64,000 nucleotides of DNA from an uncultured Alphaproteobacteria bacterium (GTDB lineage Bacteria > Pseudomonadota > Alphaproteobacteria > Rhizobiales > Rhodomicrobiaceae): positions 903 through 64,902 of the forward strand of contig CAVSHC010000011.1 of the NCBI GenBank assembly GCA_963727795.1, written 5' to 3'. Positions 9,291 to 19,030 of the stretch are shown here, piece after piece. A program made the translations under genes and the position numbers. A model generated the notes under the pieces. The model saw only the letters and a list, made by a program, of their open reading frames with translations. It did no database searches and was not told where the DNA came from. Position 1 is the first letter of the stretch. The number at the start of each line of letters is the position of its first letter.

Positions 9291-10385
9291 ATGCCGGAGA
9301 CGCATCTCAAGGACCACGACATCGTCCCATTCGAGGCCGTTCCGAATGTCCGCTACGAGAAGCGGCCGGCGCGGCTGCCGGATGGCGAAATCGCCGAAGG
9401 TCTCTTCAACGCCTGGATCTGGCTCGACAATCCAAGCCAGTTCAATTCCTACACCACCGGCATGGTGAAAGGCGTGATCCGCGCCTTGCGCGCCGCGTCG
9501 AATGCGCGCGACGTCGTCGCCGTGGTGCTGACCGGCGCGGGCGACAAGGCGTTCTGCACCGGCGGCAACACCAAGGAATATGCCGAGTATTATGCGGGCA
9601 ACCCGCAGGAATACCGGCAGTATATGCGGCTCTTCAACGACATGGTCTCGGCGATCCTCGGCAGCGACAAGCCCGTCATCGCGCGCGTCAACGGCATGCG
9701 CATCGGCGGCGGCCAGGAGATCGGCATGGCCTGCGATTATTCCATCGCGCAAGACCTCGCCCGCTTCGGCCAGGCGGGACCGAAGCACGGCTCGGCCGCC
9801 ATCGGGGGCGCAACCGACTTTCTGCCGCTGATGGTTGGCGCAGAGCGCGCCATGGAGTCGGGCACGTTGTGCGAGCCGTGGTCCGCGCATAAGGCCTATC
9901 GCCTCGGCGTGATCCTCGATATCGCGCCCGCGCTGAAAGTGGATGGCGTCTTAGTCGCCAATCCGCTCGTCGAGACGGAGCGCTATCTCGACGAGTATGG
10001 CCGCATCGTCCACGGCGAGCCGAAGACCGGCGCGGCCCTCGAAAAGGGCAAGGCGCTGATGGCGCGCGGCGCCGTCGACTTGTCGCTTCTCGACGAGAAG
10101 GTCGAGGCGCTGTGCGCGAAGCTTCTTCTGACCTTCCCCGAATGCCTGACCAAGAGCCTGGAGGAGTTGCGCAAGCCGAAGCTTCAAGCCTGGAACGCCA
10201 ACAAGGAGGACAGCCGCGCGTGGCTCGCGCTGAACATGATGGCTGAAGCTCGCACCGGCTTCCGCGCCTTCAACGAAGGCCCGAAAAACAAACGCGAAAT
10301 CGATTTTGTCGAGCTTCGCCGGACTTTAGCGCGTGGAGAGCCTTGGACCGAGGCGCTTGTCGAGCGGCTCATCCCGAAAGCGTGA
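9291..10385 (+). CDS. oah: 6-oxocyclohex-1-ene-1-carbonyl-CoA hydrolase (BamA/Oah)
   Basis: FNSYTT, FCTGGNTKEYAEYYAGNPQEYRQYMRLFNDMVSAIL, GQAGPKHGS. Confidence 0.93.
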   Translation: MPETHLKDHDIVPFEAVPNVRYEKRPARLPDGEIAEGLFNAWIWLDNPSQFNSYTTGMVKGVIRALRAASNARDVVAVVLTGAGDKAFCTGGNTKEYAEYYAGNPQEYRQYMRLFNDMVSAILGSDKPVIARVNGMRIGGGQEIGMACDYSIAQDLARFGQAGPKHGSAAIGGATDFLPLMVGAERAMESGTLCEPWSAHKAYRLGVILDIAPALKVDGVLVANPLVETERYLDEYGRIVHGEPKTGAALEKGKALMARGAVDLSLLDEKVEALCAKLLLTFPECLTKSLEELRKPKLQAWNANKEDSRAWLALNMMAEARTGFRAFNEGPKNKREIDFVELRRTLARGEPWTEALVERLIPKA

Positions 10386-10395
10386 GGAGAGAGCG

Positions 10396-11163
10396 ATGGG
10401 CGAGCCTCTGAAAGTCTGGTTCGAGCGCGATGGGCGCCTCCTGCGCCTGCGCCTCGACCGCCCCACGGCGAACATCCTCGACGCCGCGCTCATGAGCGCG
10501 CTCGACGCCGCGCTTTTGGAGCATGGCGAGCGCCCCGGTTTGCTGGGCATTCTGATCGACGCCTCGGGTCAGCACTTTTCCTTTGGCGCGAGCGTCGAGG
10601 AGCATTTGCCCGGCCAGTGCGCCGCGATGCTTGCCGGGTTCCATCGGCTGATTTTGCGCGTGCTCGCCTCGCCGGTTCCGGTGATGGCGGCGGTGCGGGG
10701 ACAATGCCTTGGCGGCGGTCTGGAACTGGTTTCGGCCGCGCATCTCATTTTCGCCAGCTCCGATGCGCGGCTCGGGCAGCCCGAAATCCAGCTCGGTGTC
10801 TTTGCGCCCGCCGCGTCCTGCCTTCTTCCCGAACGCATCGGCCGGGCGGCGGCGGAAGACCTGCTGATCTCGGGCCGGTCCATCAAGGCGGAGGAGGCGA
10901 TTCGGCTCGGCCTCATCAACGAGATAGCGTCCGATCCCGAGGCCGCCGCGCTCGACTATTTCGACAGGCGCCTCGCTTCCAAGAGCCCAAGCTCGCTGCG
11001 GTTCGCCGTCCGGGCCGCGCGGAGCGCCTTCGTCGAGCGCGTAACCGTCGAACTGGCCCGCGCCGAGCGTCTGTATCTTTCCGATTTGATGGCGACGCGG
11101 GACGCCGTCGAAGGTCTGGAGGCCTTCCTTTCGAAAAGGCCCGCTCAATGGAGCAGCGCCTGA
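10396..11163 (+). CDS. dch: Cyclohexa-1,5-dienecarbonyl-CoA hydratase
   Basis: Crotonase with HFSFGASVEEH, CLGGGLE and LGQPEIQLGVFAP. It sits between oah and bcrC. Confidence 0.9.
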   Translation: MGEPLKVWFERDGRLLRLRLDRPTANILDAALMSALDAALLEHGERPGLLGILIDASGQHFSFGASVEEHLPGQCAAMLAGFHRLILRVLASPVPVMAAVRGQCLGGGLELVSAAHLIFASSDARLGQPEIQLGVFAPAASCLLPERIGRAAAEDLLISGRSIKAEEAIRLGLINEIASDPEAAALDYFDRRLASKSPSSLRFAVRAARSAFVERVTVELARAERLYLSDLMATRDAVEGLEAFLSKRPAQWSSA

Positions 11164-11164
11164 C

Positions 11165-12382
11165 ATGGCCGATGCCGTATCGTCACGCATCCGGGATGCA
11201 AGACCCCTCGGCGCACGGGAAATCGCCGCGTGCTGCGAAGCGATTTTCTCGGACCTCGATTTTGGCGCCGCCCGTCTTTGGAAGGGCGACGAGGCAGGCC
11301 GCAAGGTCATCGGATACATGCCCTTCTACGTGCCGCGCGAACTGATCCACGCCGCCGGCGCGTTTCCGCTCGGCATCGTGGGCGGAGGCGACAAGCTCGA
11401 AGTCATCCACGGCGACGCCTACTACCAGAGCTACATCTGCCGTATCCCGCGCTCGACGATTGAACTCGGCGTTTCGCGTCGTCTCGATTTTGTCGACGGC
11501 ATGCTTTTCCCCTCGATTTGCGACGTGATCCGCAATCTGTCGGGCATGTGGAAGCTCATGTTTCCGGCCGTTCCGGCGCGTTATGTCGATCTGCCCCAAA
11601 ACTTCGACGACGATGTCGGCGGCGCCTTCTATCGCTCCCACCTCGAAGATCTGCGCCATTGGCTTGCCGCGATTACGGGTCGGCTCGCGACGGATGACGC
11701 TCTGCGGGCGTCCATCGGCCTCTATAACGAGAACCGTGCGCTGATCCGGGAGCTTTACGCCTTGCGCGCGGCCATGCCCTGGAACGCGCCATCGGCGGAA
11801 GTCTACCTCTTGTTGCGCGCCGGGCTCTCGCTTCCCGTCGAGGCGCACAATCCGCTGGTCCGGGCCTATATCGATGCGGCGCGCGCACAGCAGCGTCCGG
11901 CGAGGGACAATGCGCGCGTGGTCGTCAACGGCGCGTTCTGCGAGCAGCCGCCGCTCAACCTCATCAAGGCGATCGAACTTTCGGGCTGCTACATCGTGGA
12001 TGACGATTTCATGCTCGTCACCCGCTGGGAGAAGTCCGATGTCGCGCTCGACGGCGATCCGATCGCCGCGCTTGCCAGCGCCTACCTCCACAACTCGATG
12101 TCGACCTCCGCGAAGTACGAGCCCGACGCCGCCAAGAAGGGCGCCTACCTCGTCGAAAGCGTGAGGGCCAACCGCGCCGAGGGCGTCATCTTCGCGATGC
12201 CGAGCTTCTGCGATCCGGCGCTGCTTGAGCGGCCGATGCTTCAGAACGCGCTGAAGGCCGCCGGCATCCCGTCCATAGCTTTCAAATACGCCGAGAACTC
12301 CGGACAGATGCAGCCCATTCGCGAGCAGGCCGGGACGTTTGCCGACTCGATCAAACTGTGGAGCGGAGAGTTAGGGGCTTGA
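11165..12382 (+). CDS. bcrC: Benzoyl-CoA reductase subunit C (class I)
   Basis: GYMPFYVPRELIHAAG, YYQSYICRIPRS, FPSICDVIRNL, SFCDPAL. Confidence 0.93.
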   Translation: MADAVSSRIRDARPLGAREIAACCEAIFSDLDFGAARLWKGDEAGRKVIGYMPFYVPRELIHAAGAFPLGIVGGGDKLEVIHGDAYYQSYICRIPRSTIELGVSRRLDFVDGMLFPSICDVIRNLSGMWKLMFPAVPARYVDLPQNFDDDVGGAFYRSHLEDLRHWLAAITGRLATDDALRASIGLYNENRALIRELYALRAAMPWNAPSAEVYLLLRAGLSLPVEAHNPLVRAYIDAARAQQRPARDNARVVVNGAFCEQPPLNLIKAIELSGCYIVDDDFMLVTRWEKSDVALDGDPIAALASAYLHNSMSTSAKYEPDAAKKGAYLVESVRANRAEGVIFAMPSFCDPALLERPMLQNALKAAGIPSIAFKYAENSGQMQPIREQAGTFADSIKLWSGELGA

Positions 12383-12399
12383 ACATGCGCTGTATCCCG

Positions 12400-12464
12400 T
12401 CACTCCGGTCGCGACCGTTGCAGCGTCGTTCCCTCTCCCAGAGGGAGAGGGACAGGGTGAGGGG
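12400..12464. repeat. Repeat family B (CCCTCTCCC..GGGAGAGGG / CCCTCACCC REP-like), half copy between bcrC and bcrB
   Basis: Matches the right half of the 40666-40778 palindrome. Confidence 0.75.
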
Positions 12465-12501
12465 ATACACCCCAGGAATTGACGCATTCAAGGAAGCATG
12501 A

Positions 12502-13815
12502 ATGAGCACGATCATTACACATCCGAAAGTTGCCAGGGCCGAGGCCGCCAAGGACGCCTCCATGCTCAAGCAGAAGGAGATGATCAACCGTCATTACGAC
12601 CGGCTCGCCGACGCGCCCGGGAGCGGCGAAAAGGTGGCCGCGACCTTCGTTCCGGGCAATCTCAACGAGCTTCTGATGTGCTTCGGCTTCGTGAACAATC
12701 TGCCGGAGGTCAACGCCATCCAGAACGGGCTCAGGAAGACCAGCGGCGCGTTTGTGATGGAGGCCGAGAAGATGGGCCACTCCGAGGACGTCTGCACCTA
12801 TGTGAAGTCCGACATCGGCATGATGGCGAAGGGCAACATCGGCCCAAACGGGCGCAAGCTGCCCGACCCGGATGTGCTGCTCCTCTCCTATACCGGCTGC
12901 TTCACCTTCATGAAGTGGTTCGAACTCCTGCGCGAGCAATACAAATGCGAAACGATCATGCTCCACACGCCTTATCTGGCCGACGGAGCGATCACGCCGG
13001 ACATGATCAAATATATGGTCAGGCAGCTTCGGACCGATGTCATCCCGAAGCTTGAGAAGGTCTCCGGCGTCAAGTTCGACATCGATCGCCTGCGCGAATA
13101 CCTCGCGAAATCGGCGCAGGCCGAAGACGATCTCGTCTGGGTGCTGCAATCGGCCAAGGCCAAGCCATCTCCCATCGACGCCTATTTCGGCGGCATCTAT
13201 TACATCGGCCCGATCTTCGGCGCCTTCCGCGGCACGGACGGCGCCATCGACTACTACCGTTTCTTGCGCGCGGAGATCGAGGAGCGCCTTGCGGAAGGCA
13301 AAGGCCCCGTGACGCCCGATGGCGACATGGGCGAGGAGCGCTTCCGGCTCGTGGTGGAAGGGCCGCCGAACTACACCAATTTCCGGCAATTCTGGAAGAT
13401 GTTCTACGCGGAGGGCGCCGTCGTCGTCGCTTCGAGCTACACAAAGGTCGGCGGCACCTACGATTTCGGTTTCCGGCACGATCCGTCCCGGCCGCTGGAA
13501 TCGCTCGCCGAATATTGCCTCAACGTCTATACCAACCGGAACCTGCCGATGCGGGTGGACATGCTCGAAAACTATGTCCGCGAGTATGAGGCCGACGGGC
13601 TTCTCATCAACTCCATCAAGAGCTGCAACAGCTTCTCCGCCGGCCAGTTGCTGATGATGCGCGAGGTGGAGAAGAGGACCGGCAAGCCGGCCGCCTTCAT
13701 CGAGACCGATCTCGTCGATCCGCGCTACTTCTCGCCCGCCAACGTGAAGAACCGGCTCGAAAGCTATTTCCAGATGATCGAGCAGAAGCGCGCAGGCGCC
13801 CGCGAGGTTGCGTGA
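12502..13815 (+). CDS. bcrB: Benzoyl-CoA reductase subunit B
   Basis: FVPGNLNEL, EDVCTYVK, SYTGCFTFMKWFE, SIKSCNSFS, IETDLVDPR. Confidence 0.93.
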   Translation: MSTIITHPKVARAEAAKDASMLKQKEMINRHYDRLADAPGSGEKVAATFVPGNLNELLMCFGFVNNLPEVNAIQNGLRKTSGAFVMEAEKMGHSEDVCTYVKSDIGMMAKGNIGPNGRKLPDPDVLLLSYTGCFTFMKWFELLREQYKCETIMLHTPYLADGAITPDMIKYMVRQLRTDVIPKLEKVSGVKFDIDRLREYLAKSAQAEDDLVWVLQSAKAKPSPIDAYFGGIYYIGPIFGAFRGTDGAIDYYRFLRAEIEERLAEGKGPVTPDGDMGEERFRLVVEGPPNYTNFRQFWKMFYAEGAVVVASSYTKVGGTYDFGFRHDPSRPLESLAEYCLNVYTNRNLPMRVDMLENYVREYEADGLLINSIKSCNSFSAGQLLMMREVEKRTGKPAAFIETDLVDPRYFSPANVKNRLESYFQMIEQKRAGAREVA

Positions 13816-13826
13816 ATAGAAGAAAG

Positions 13827-13997
13827 CCCCCCTCACCCGGCCGCTTCGCGGCCACCCTCTCCCGCAGCGGGGGAGGGTGTGTGCCGCTGAGAAGGCGTTC
13901 CCCTCTCCCATCCGCATCCGCTTGCGGATGCGGTTTCATGGAGTGGCAATCTCGCCAAGGCGAGACTGCGTGGGAGAGGGGACAGGGGTGAGGGGGT
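13827..13997. repeat. Repeat family B composite palindrome between bcrB and bcrA
   Basis: CCCCTCACCC...CCCTCTCCC and GGGAGAGGG...GGGTGAGGGG arms with an internal hairpin CCGCATCCGC-TT-GCGGATGCGG. Confidence 0.75.
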
Positions 13998-14022
13998 ACA
14001 GGTTTAAAAAAGAGACCGTTAA

Positions 14023-15336
14023 ATGAAGACTTTCATCGGCATCGATCTTGGCTCGACCACGACGAAAGCCGTGCTCATCGACGAAAGCCGGACCGTCATC
14101 GGGCGAGGCATCACCAACTCGCGCTCGAACTATGAAACCGCCGCCCGCGTCGCAAGCGAAGAGGCGCGGGTCGATGCGCGCTTCACGCTTCTCCGCCGCT
14201 CGCTCGAAACGGGCGAGACGCAGGCCGAAGCCGCCGCGTTCCTTGCCGCGCTCGAGCGGGCTTTCCGCCTCGAACAGTTCCTTGAGCAACTCGCCGACCT
14301 GGAGGCGACTTGCCTCAAGCAGCTTAAGACCGAGCGGTTCGCCCGCCTCGCCGAGCCGACAGGCAAGGCGATCGAGGCTGTGTTCGAAAGGTTGCGCGAA
14401 GAGGCGCCGGGACTTTATGCGCCGGGCGCGAAGCGCAAGTCGGACTTTTTTCGCGACAACGCCGGCTCGCGGTTTCACGCACATGCCGAGGCCGCCGCCA
14501 AAGACGCTCGCGCGCCGCTCGACATGCTGTTCAATGCCTATGACAAATCCATCATCGAGGTGGAGAATCGGCCGCCGGCCGGGAGCCTGTCCGAGAATTT
14601 CAAACGCGCCATGGCCCGCGTGCTCTCAAGCTGGGACGGCGCTGCGTCAGCGCCGCAGGAGCGCATCGAGCGCGCGCTCGGCGTTGAGCTGGAAGAAACC
14701 TGGCTCGTTGGCACGGGATATGGGCGGGTCACGCTGCCGTTCTCGAAGGAGCATATCCGCTCCGAGATCCTCTGCCATGGTCTCGGCGCGCACATGATGT
14801 ATCCGGGAACCCGCACGGTGCTCGACATCGGCGGCCAGGACACGAAAGGCATTCAGGTCGACGCCTGCGGCATCGTCGAAAATTTCCAGATGAACGACCG
14901 CTGCGCGGCGGGCTGCGGGCGCTATCTCGGCTATATCGCCGATGAGATGAACATCGGCGTGCATGAGCTTGGACCGATAGCGATGAGGTCCAGCCGCCCG
15001 GCGCACATCAACTCGACCTGCACCGTCTTCGCCGGAGCCGAGTTGCGCGACAGGCTCTCGCTCGGCGAGAAGCGGGAGGACATCCTGGCGGGCCTGCACC
15101 GCGCCATCATTCTGCGGGCCATCTCCATCATCGCGCGCTCGGGCGGGGTGACAAACGAGTTCACCTTCACAGGCGGCGTCGCCAAGAACGAGGCGGCGGT
15201 GCGCGAATTGCGCAAGCTGATCGGGGAAAACTACGGCGACGTCACCATCAACATCAATCCGGAATCCATCTACACAGGCGCGCTTGGAGCGGCGGAGTTC
15301 GCCCGGCGCGCCGCGCAAGAGCCTATCCACTTTTGA
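14023..15336 (+). CDS. bcrA: Benzoyl-CoA reductase subunit A (ATPase/activator)
   Basis: [11 protein letters not shown], helical insertion, [31 protein letters not shown]. Confidence 0.93.
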   Translation: MKTFIGIDLGSTTTKAVLIDESRTVIGRGITNSRSNYETAARVASEEARVDARFTLLRRSLETGETQAEAAAFLAALERAFRLEQFLEQLADLEATCLKQLKTERFARLAEPTGKAIEAVFERLREEAPGLYAPGAKRKSDFFRDNAGSRFHAHAEAAAKDARAPLDMLFNAYDKSIIEVENRPPAGSLSENFKRAMARVLSSWDGAASAPQERIERALGVELEETWLVGTGYGRVTLPFSKEHIRSEILCHGLGAHMMYPGTRTVLDIGGQDTKGIQVDACGIVENFQMNDRCAAGCGRYLGYIADEMNIGVHELGPIAMRSSRPAHINSTCTVFAGAELRDRLSLGEKREDILAGLHRAIILRAISIIARSGGVTNEFTFTGGVAKNEAAVRELRKLIGENYGDVTININPESIYTGALGAAEFARRAAQEPIHF

Positions 15337-15354
15337 TGGAATCAAAAGCGGGCT

Positions 15355-15419
15355 CTAAGTTTTTGTTTTATCGTGCGTCTTATCGGAAAACCGCTTGGCG
15401 CTTTTCCGGACGCACTCTA
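15355..15419 (-). repeat. Repeat family C (rhizobial intergenic mosaic-like, TAGAGTGCGTCCGGAAAAG...), between bcrA and bcrD
   Basis: Reverse-complement copy of 29902-29966 and 42710-42777. Confidence 0.75.
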
Positions 15420-15437
15420 TCTTGAGGAGCGGCCGCA

Positions 15438-16280
15438 ATGCCCCTGACTGCTGGAATCGACGTTGGCGCGGGCGCCGTCAAGGTTGCGATCTTCGACGCC
15501 GCGGGAAGCCCGGCCGCATGGCTTGCGAAAGGGGCCGAGCGTATCCGGCAGCGCGACCCGCTCGTGCTCGCCGGGAAGCTCTACGACAGCCTTCTCGACG
15601 CGAATGGACTTCGACGCTCGGATATCGCGTATTGCGCGACGACAGGCGACGGCGAGGCGCTTCCTTTTCACACCGGCCACTTCTATTCGATGACGACCCA
15701 TGTTCGCGGCGCTCTCTACCTGCGCCCCGCAGCCCGCGCCGTTCTCGATGCCGGCGCGCTGCACGGCCGCGCCATCCGCATGGACGCGCGCGGCAAGGTG
15801 CTCGCCTACAAGATGACGAGCCAATGCGCGTCCGGCTCCGGCCAGTTCCTCGAAAACATCGCGCGCTATCTCGGCATCGCGCAGGACGAGATCGGAAGCC
15901 TTTCAAGGCAGGCCGGCGATCCGGAGAAAGTGTCGAGCATCTGCGCCGTTCTTGCGGAGACCGATGTCATCAACATGGTTTCGCGCGGCGTCACCGCCCC
16001 GAATATCCTCAAAGGCATCCACAACTCCATGGCCCACCGCCTCGCGAAGCTGTTGAAGTCCCTCGGCGGGCTCGACGGCGCGATCATGATGACGGGCGGC
16101 CTTGCGCTCGACGATGGGCTCGTCAACGCCATGAAGGAGGCCGTCGCGCGGGAGAAGATCGCTGCGCCGGTCGAAACGCACGCAGATGCGATCTATGCGG
16201 GCGCCATCGGGGCGGCGCTCTGGGGCGCCTTCCGCTGGGAGAAGCTGCAAGGCGCCCGCGAAACGGCAAACGCCGCGTGA
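15438..16280 (+). CDS. bcrD: Benzoyl-CoA reductase subunit D
   Basis: AGIDVGAGAVK, GHFYSMTTH, MTSQCASGSGQF, SSICAVLAETD. Confidence 0.93.
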   Translation: MPLTAGIDVGAGAVKVAIFDAAGSPAAWLAKGAERIRQRDPLVLAGKLYDSLLDANGLRRSDIAYCATTGDGEALPFHTGHFYSMTTHVRGALYLRPAARAVLDAGALHGRAIRMDARGKVLAYKMTSQCASGSGQFLENIARYLGIAQDEIGSLSRQAGDPEKVSSICAVLAETDVINMVSRGVTAPNILKGIHNSMAHRLAKLLKSLGGLDGAIMMTGGLALDDGLVNAMKEAVAREKIAAPVETHADAIYAGAIGAALWGAFRWEKLQGARETANAA

Positions 16281-16410
16281 GGGCATCATATCAAATCGTC
16301 ACCTTGGGCGAGTTCCGGGCAGCGATCCAACCCCGATCTAAATCGACACCATCATTCTGCGGGATGACCACCTCTCCGGGCTTACGCCCAAGAGCCGTCC
16401 GTTACACTAT

Positions 16411-16680
16411 CTAGTCGCAGAACAAGGGTACGAGGTGCAAATTGGTGAACAGCTGCAAAGGCTGACCTCTCAAGCCGACCACCCGAAGCCTGTGCCCGCT
16501 CGAAATCAGGCGCTTGTGGAGAAACACAAGAGCGCCAAGGCCTGAACTGTCCACGAACTCGACCTTTGAAAAATCGAGGGTGACATCCTCATCAGCCTGA
16601 GCGAGGCGCTCGATGTAGGGGCGCACGCGGGAAACGTAGGCGGCGTCGAGATCGTCGTCAATTTCATGCTGCTGAGACAT
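16411..16680 (-). CDS. STAS-domain anti-sigma factor antagonist
   Basis: VTLDFSKVEFVDSSGLGALV with the phosphorylatable Ser motif. Confidence 0.85.
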   Translation of the reverse strand: MSQQHEIDDDLDAAYVSRVRPYIERLAQADEDVTLDFSKVEFVDSSGLGALVFLHKRLISSGHRLRVVGLRGQPLQLFTNLHLVPLFCD

Positions 16681-16961
16681 GGGCCGGCTCGCTGACAGGG
16701 TGTTTTCGGGGTCCCAACCCTGAGCCGCCTGGCGCGCGGGGCGCCCGGTGCGCCTCCATGCACGTCATGGCTGCTTATGGTTGTATCCGGTCCTTGTCGT
16801 ATAAGCTTAACAAGATAAGGTTGGCTTAGGCTGTTAAAAGGAAATTGATTGAAATTGCGCGGTCCAAAGGCGCCGGGCCGAATGGGCCCCTGAAGCGCTT
16901 TGTGACCGGTATCGGAGTGAACCGGATGCGCCTCTTGCGCATTAACCCCAAATCAGGCGAA

Positions 16962-17039
16962 CTAGTGTGAAGTCTCGCAATTGCCCACACCCTTTGCAGC
17001 GGGCTCTCACAGGCAATTGCGAGACATAAGCCGCACTAG
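16962..17039. repeat. Repeat family D (~78-bp MITE-like, GTCTCGCAATTGCC inverted repeat, CTAG at both ends)
   Basis: Second copy in reverse orientation at 43104-43181. Confidence 0.75.
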
Positions 17040-17147
17040 CGATCCGAGTGTGGCGTTTGCGCGCCCTTACGTCACACTGGAGGGCAAATGCTGGAATCCG
17101 AAGGGCCGCAAGCCCTTCAAGAAACTGGGGATGATGGAAGGTTCCCG

Positions 17148-17981
17148 ATGACAGGCAAGGACGGTAAAAGATCAGGCGGTGGCGCCGAGAGCGGGCGGGC
17201 GCCCATTTTGCCGCTGCCGCTTCCATCGAACATCGCGCGTCTGCCTTCGGCCGACCGGCGTGAAAAGCTTCGGATCTTGGAGGCCTTGTTGTTCGCGGCG
17301 GCGGAGCCTCTGGATGAAAGCTCGCTCGCAAAGCATCTCGGCGCGAAGGACGACGTCGTTCAACTCCTCGAAGAACTTCAGACGCTCTACGCAGGGCGAG
17401 GCGTCAATCTCGTGCGCGTGGCGGGCAAATGGGCTTTCAGGACGGCGGAAGATCTCTCCTTCCTTCTCGAACATTACTCGATCGAGCAGCGCAAGCTCTC
17501 AAGGGCCGCGCTCGAGACGCTCGCCATCATCGCCTATCACCAGCCGGTCACGCGCGCGGAGATCGAAGAGATCCGGGGCGTCAGCACATCGAAAGGCTCG
17601 CTCGACGTTCTTCTTGAAATCGGCTGGGCGCGTCTGCGCGGGCGCAGGCGCGCGCCGGGCCGGCCGGTCACATACGGAACCACCGAGGCTTTTCTCGATC
17701 ATTTCGGCTTCGATTCCATTCGCGATCTGCCGGGGCTTTCCGAACTGAAGGGCGCCGGGCTCCTCGACAGCAACCTTCCGCCCGGTTTCACCGTGCCCGA
17801 GCCGGATGACAGCGTAACGCTTCGCGAAGACGAGGAACCCCTTGAGGACGAGCCTTCGGGCGAGCATTCCGGCGAGGCCGCTCCCGGCGATGGAGGGGGA
17901 GAGGCCGACGATAAAGAGCAAGGCGATCGCGAAGAGGAAGCGAACTCGAACGCCCCGATGAGGGCTGCGTCGGCGGGTTGA
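17148..17981 (+). CDS. scpB: SMC-Scp complex subunit ScpB
   Basis: LEALLFAA, LSRAALETLAIIAYHQPVTRAEIEEIRGV, YGTTEAFLDHFG. Start uncertain (17088 or 17148). Confidence 0.93.
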   Translation: MTGKDGKRSGGGAESGRAPILPLPLPSNIARLPSADRREKLRILEALLFAAAEPLDESSLAKHLGAKDDVVQLLEELQTLYAGRGVNLVRVAGKWAFRTAEDLSFLLEHYSIEQRKLSRAALETLAIIAYHQPVTRAEIEEIRGVSTSKGSLDVLLEIGWARLRGRRRAPGRPVTYGTTEAFLDHFGFDSIRDLPGLSELKGAGLLDSNLPPGFTVPEPDDSVTLREDEEPLEDEPSGEHSGEAAPGDGGGEADDKEQGDREEEANSNAPMRAASAG

Positions 17982-18166
17982 CGCCTAAGAAAAGCCGCCG
18001 ATGCGGCGCCATGTCTGACGGGCGCCAGGCCGGATCGGCTAATATCGGGCGTGAGACGCTTTTGCCGGTCTACTCACGCTTGACATGCTGTCTGCATGCA
18101 GCCACGTTCAACGCGACATGCTAGTATAAAATGACCTGCCGCTGCGAAGGCAAGGCCAAGGAGTGA

Positions 18167-18448
18167 ATGGAGATGCCTCAGGATCTGATGTTTGGAGCGG
18201 CATGGAGTCCTCTGCAGCTCATACTTGTGTTGCTGGTGGTGGTGCTCTTGTTCGGCAAGGGCAAAATATCCGATCTGATGGGCGACGTCGCGAAGGGAAT
18301 CAAGAGCTTCAAGAAGGGCATGTCTGAGGACGATTCCGCGCAAACGCCCGCTCAGCCTGCGCAGACCGCCAGCGCTCCGAAGCCGATCGAGCATGAGCCG
18401 GTTCGCACGGAAGCGAAGGCGCCTGCGGGAACAGAAACGAAGGCGTGA
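18167..18448 (+). CDS. tatA: Twin-arginine translocase TatA
   Basis: [26 protein letters not shown]. Confidence 0.92.
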   Translation: MEMPQDLMFGAAWSPLQLILVLLVVVLLFGKGKISDLMGDVAKGIKSFKKGMSEDDSAQTPAQPAQTASAPKPIEHEPVRTEAKAPAGTETKA

Positions 18449-18492
18449 CAAGTCAGGTGAGTGCGCGGCTTTTTTGAGGACGGCAGTCTTAT

Positions 18493-19022
18493 ATGTTCGA
18501 TATTGCTTGGTCTGAGCTCCTGCTGATCGTGGTCGTCGCGCTGATTTTCATCGGCCCCAAGGAACTCCCTCACGTTCTTCACAGCCTCGGGCGCATGGTC
18601 GCGAAGCTGCGCCGGTCGGCCGATGATTTTCGCCGTCAGTTCGAGGATTCGGTGCGCGAGGCGGGCTACGAGGATCTTCATAAGAACATTCAGAACCTAC
18701 AGCAAATCCGCTCCATGAATCCTGCAAGCCAGCTCAAGGACAGCATCGCACGCGCCATCACGGACTATGAGCCAAAGGCTGCCGCGGCAGCCCTGCCGGC
18801 GGAGAACGGTTCGGCTCAACAGCCTCAGGCGGAAAACAAAGCGCCGGAAGGATTGGCGCAACAGAGCGAGAAGCCTTTGCTTGAAGCGGCCGGCAACGCC
18901 AATGGCGCGGTTTTCGAAAAGCCCGCCGCCGCAGAGGCCGCACAGGAAGTCCGGCCGTCGGGCGCCCGGCGGCCGCTCCGTTAGCGGAGCCGGCAAAAGA
19001 TCGCGTAGCTCCGGCGGCTTGA
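18493..19022 (+). CDS. tatB: Twin-arginine translocase TatB (as sequenced stops at 18984; a probable 1-nt deletion at ~18965 gives a stop at 19022)
   Basis: MFDIAWSELLLIVVVALIFIGPKELP. The alternative frame reads PAAAPLAEPAKDRVAPAA* and ends 8 nt before the tatC start. Confidence 0.9.
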
Positions 19023-19030
19023 GCGCAGCG

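Noticed and set aside
11183-13917. Long antisense ORFs (e.g. 11183-12091, 12400-13917, 22829-24838, 30042-31922, 51813-54467)
   Set aside because: These are shadow ORFs opposite well-supported genes in high-GC DNA, with no recognisable motifs.
18767-19030. 88-aa N-terminal extension of TatC
   Set aside because: It overlaps tatB. The conserved TatC start is at 19031.
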